64,000 nucleotides of DNA, taken from the NCBI GenBank assembly GCA_013359225.1, contig JABWCG010000003.1, positions 48,783-112,782 of the forward strand. Direction: 5' to 3'. Within the stretch, counting starts at the first letter, position 1; every line of letters begins with the position of its first letter. This document shows positions 61,520 to 64,000 of this stretch, in pieces. A program made the translations under genes and the position numbers. This DNA comes from Candidatus Buchananbacteria bacterium. GTDB lineage: Bacteria > Patescibacteriota > Patescibacteriia > Buchananbacterales > UBA6539. The notes under the pieces were generated by a model. It had not been told where the DNA came from and searched no databases. It saw only the letters and a program-made list of their open reading frames with translations.

Positions 61520-62479
61520 ATGAAGCTTCGTCAGATTCGATTTGGACCGGTCCTCGGAGCTTCCGGGGTCCACAACTTCTTTGGGGAAGGCTACCCCTAC
61601 CACCGCTGGCTCAAGCTGGCGCTACCACTACATTTTCGGTTTGATGGCATGACGTTTGTCGCCAAAACGACAACCTTGCACAAAACCGAAGGCAATATGC
61701 CGATGCGTGATGACGGCGTCACACCGCAAGAGTTTCATCCGCGCTGCATTGTCGTCAAGCCGTACCACGGCGTAGCGCTTAACGCGGTTGGTTTGTCCGG
61801 ACCCGGTGCGGCTGATTTGTTTGAGCGGGGATTGTGGCAAGCACGGACCGAACCGTTCATGCTGTCATTTATGTCGACCAAGCCGACACCCGATGAACGG
61901 ATTGTCGAAGCAATTGATTTCTTCAAGCTGCTTGAAGAGTATCTCGATTACTTCAACGCGCCAATCGCGCTCCAAGCCAACTTCTCGTGTCCTAATGTCA
62001 AACTCGACCCGAACAAATTGATTGCTGAAGCGGCTAGCGTCTTGGACGAAGCCCGCCGAATCAAAGTGCTACTTGTTCCAAAGTTCAACGCGCTGATCCC
62101 CGTCGCGGCGGCGAAAAAAATCGCGGATCATCCAAACTGCGCGGGGCTATGTGTGTCTAACACGATTCCCTGGAAAGATTTGCCAGCAAGCTGGCAAATC
62201 AAATACTTCGGCGACGTTGTTTCGCCGCTGGTAGAATTTGGCGGCGGGGGATTATCCGGCGCGCCACTACTGCCGTTGGTTGTTGACTGGGTGCGTCAAG
62301 CGCGCACAGTCGGCATCACCAAACCAATTAACGCTGGCGGCGGCATTCTGCACCCAAACAACATTTGGGAACTGAAAGCGGCCGGCGCTGATTCCGTTTT
62401 TCTTGGATCAGTTACCATGCTTCGCCCGTGGCGAATGGCACAACTGATTCAAACCGCATACCAAGCCTTTGGCCGATAA
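61520..62479 (+). CDS. pyrD: Dihydroorotate dehydrogenase-like flavoprotein
   Basis: ASG, KTTT, NAVGLSGPG, NFSCPN, SNT, GGLSG, GGGI. Confidence 0.85.
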   Translation: MKLRQIRFGPVLGASGVHNFFGEGYPYHRWLKLALPLHFRFDGMTFVAKTTTLHKTEGNMPMRDDGVTPQEFHPRCIVVKPYHGVALNAVGLSGPGAADLFERGLWQARTEPFMLSFMSTKPTPDERIVEAIDFFKLLEEYLDYFNAPIALQANFSCPNVKLDPNKLIAEAASVLDEARRIKVLLVPKFNALIPVAAAKKIADHPNCAGLCVSNTIPWKDLPASWQIKYFGDVVSPLVEFGGGGLSGAPLLPLVVDWVRQARTVGITKPINAGGGILHPNNIWELKAAGADSVFLGSVTMLRPWRMAQLIQTAYQAFGR

Positions 62480-63905
62480 ACCTGGAGAACCCTTCATCGT
62501 GAAACCCATTCGACTCAAAACGAAACATTTACACCTGGACTCCGGCGAAATTATCCCAGCGGTAGTGGTTTGTACACCAAATCAACCGCTGGAAATTCTC
62601 GCATACGAATCCGCGTGTGACCTTGATATGGGTGAGTACCACCACATTGCGCTGGCACGCTGTGATCCGCACGTTCATGCGCGACAAAACATTGTGCCGT
62701 CGCGCGAAGAGTTCGAGGCACTCAAAATCCACGAGGGTGAATTTGATGACGTCATCCCAAAAATTCACGCCGCAAATCTTCACTACGACGTGTATCGCGC
62801 TTCATTAGCCGCGCTCAAAGGCGGGGTCTGGCTGATTGGCTGCATGGGAAACACTCCCTGGGGACCAATCGGAGTCCAGCGCTGGCAACAAACGTTGGAC
62901 TTGTACCGGCGCCACGCCCTGGTTTACACTCACGTCTGGCCGCGCCTGGAGCCTGGTGTTCCGGCAATCGACGGACAAGAGGGTAAAGACTTCGGATCCA
63001 CTTTTGGCGGAGCTGGGCTGAGCGCCGATGAACGTGATGCGATGTTCGCACTGTGGGCGGGACAAGACGTTTCGTTTCATAACGACATGCCACGACCCGA
63101 CCAAACCATTGATGAGTTCTTTCGCCACGCTACAGCAGCGCTGGAAGCAAAGTTTCACCTATACTACAACGGTGAAACAGTGCTACAAAGCCAGCGTGAA
63201 ACCATCGCGTTGGCGCGCAAACACCACCTGCGTTCACTGCGGACGCGACACGTCCCGACCGGACCGGCGCTGGAAATGTTGTTAGCCGAACGCAAAGTTG
63301 GCGGACTCAAACTGCCCATTGAAGTTGGCCTTGATTACCTATATTGGAGCTGGCCAATGGTCGTTGGACATCGCACCGGCAAAATCAATTACCGCCGGCC
63401 GGCCTTTCCGTCGGAGCAAGATCAGCTACGACTGATTGCCGTGTTACGCGAAGTTGCTTTTGACCCGGAAATCCACCTGGGCAGTGATCACGCGCCCCAT
63501 TCGCCGGAAGCCAAACAGTACAAAAACGGGCTGCCAGGCAGTCCGGGAACCAGGCTGCTGGAACACAGCCATCAAATCCATGCTCACCTTGTCCACGAGC
63601 ACAATTTCACCTGGCATCAAATTGACCATCTGGCGGCGATTCATCCGACCAAATATCTCGAACGGTACTACGTCGGACATTTTGCCTATCCGATTGCCAC
63701 GATGGCGTCGGGCGCGATGTGTAATCTGGTCGTTTTTGATCCGGACTGTGGCTATTGCGCTGATGAACGCATTTTGCGCACGCAGCTACACGATCCGGAT
63801 TACCACAACGCACTTTGGCTGGAGCCGCTTCGGGGCAAAGTACTTTTCACTGTCGTTAATGGCCGCGTCTACGACGTTAGTGATGAAATCAAAGCCCTGA
63901 ACTAG
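62469..63905 (+). CDS. Divergent dihydroorotase-like amidohydrolase
   Basis: DPHVHAR, AALKGG...MGNT, GSDHAPH, G.PG, NLVVFDP, LRGKVLFTVVNG; overlaps the pyrD stop. Exact start uncertain. Confidence 0.75.
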   Translation: MADKPGEPFIVKPIRLKTKHLHLDSGEIIPAVVVCTPNQPLEILAYESACDLDMGEYHHIALARCDPHVHARQNIVPSREEFEALKIHEGEFDDVIPKIHAANLHYDVYRASLAALKGGVWLIGCMGNTPWGPIGVQRWQQTLDLYRRHALVYTHVWPRLEPGVPAIDGQEGKDFGSTFGGAGLSADERDAMFALWAGQDVSFHNDMPRPDQTIDEFFRHATAALEAKFHLYYNGETVLQSQRETIALARKHHLRSLRTRHVPTGPALEMLLAERKVGGLKLPIEVGLDYLYWSWPMVVGHRTGKINYRRPAFPSEQDQLRLIAVLREVAFDPEIHLGSDHAPHSPEAKQYKNGLPGSPGTRLLEHSHQIHAHLVHEHNFTWHQIDHLAAIHPTKYLERYYVGHFAYPIATMASGAMCNLVVFDPDCGYCADERILRTQLHDPDYHNALWLEPLRGKVLFTVVNGRVYDVSDEIKALN

Positions 63906-63928
63906 CTGTTCATTATTGAAATTTAACC

Positions 63929-63964
63929 AAGCTCACGTATCGCTACGATGAGCTTTTTTCTTTA
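63929..63964 (+). terminator. Terminator after the pyr genes
   Basis: AAGCTCA...TGAGCTT followed by a T-tract. Confidence 0.6.
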
Positions 63965-64000
63965 AACAAAAAACCAGCGGTTGAGCGCTGATTTTTTGAT

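Noticed and set aside
61435-61644. Possible leader ORF or PyrR site before pyrD
   Set aside because: The ORF runs out of frame into pyrD, and no terminator or PyrR-binding loop is visible.

Overview
A 64 kb bacterial chromosomal window using the standard genetic code. Gene content and style point to a Patescibacteria/CPR (Parcubacteria-like) genome; this is an inference from the compact core genes, the pilB/pilT, DUF5667, 3D-domain and GRILLQVE-repeat proteins, and the mostly SD-less starts. The backbone is housekeeping: atpH-A-G-D-C, cyclophilin, csp, suhB-like, tsaD/tsaE, pilB, ftsH, rpsA, gyrA, rpmF-nusB-rnc-pilT, HU, ymdB-rny, clpP, nrnA-rbfA-infB and three tRNAs (Arg-UCG, Lys-CUU, Cys-GCA). 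There is also a CsoR/CopZ/CopA copper operon, a Zur/ZIP pair, two ECF sigma/anti-sigma units and envelope/redox genes. Interspersed are more GC-rich accessory genes that, unlike most core genes, carry strong Shine-Dalgarno sites. Main observations: (1) a SAM-I riboswitch with two terminators in front of an unrecognised 125-aa protein; (2) an unannotated leaderless 28-aa Gln/Asn/Asp-rich leader peptide with a complete attenuator in front of a divergent ATP-grasp-like gene; (3) a four-gene cluster of membrane protein, MoxR ATPase (degenerate Walker B), membrane-anchored vWA and HExxH membrane peptidase; (4) a recurring module in which a terminator hairpin doubles as a promoter for (near-)leaderless mRNAs; (5) a candidate 6S RNA before rny; (6) a foreign-looking IPTL-CTERM surface protein next to a pyrD/pyrC pair. 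No transposase, integrase, rRNA or CRISPR array was seen. All calls come from reading motifs by eye; no database searches were run.
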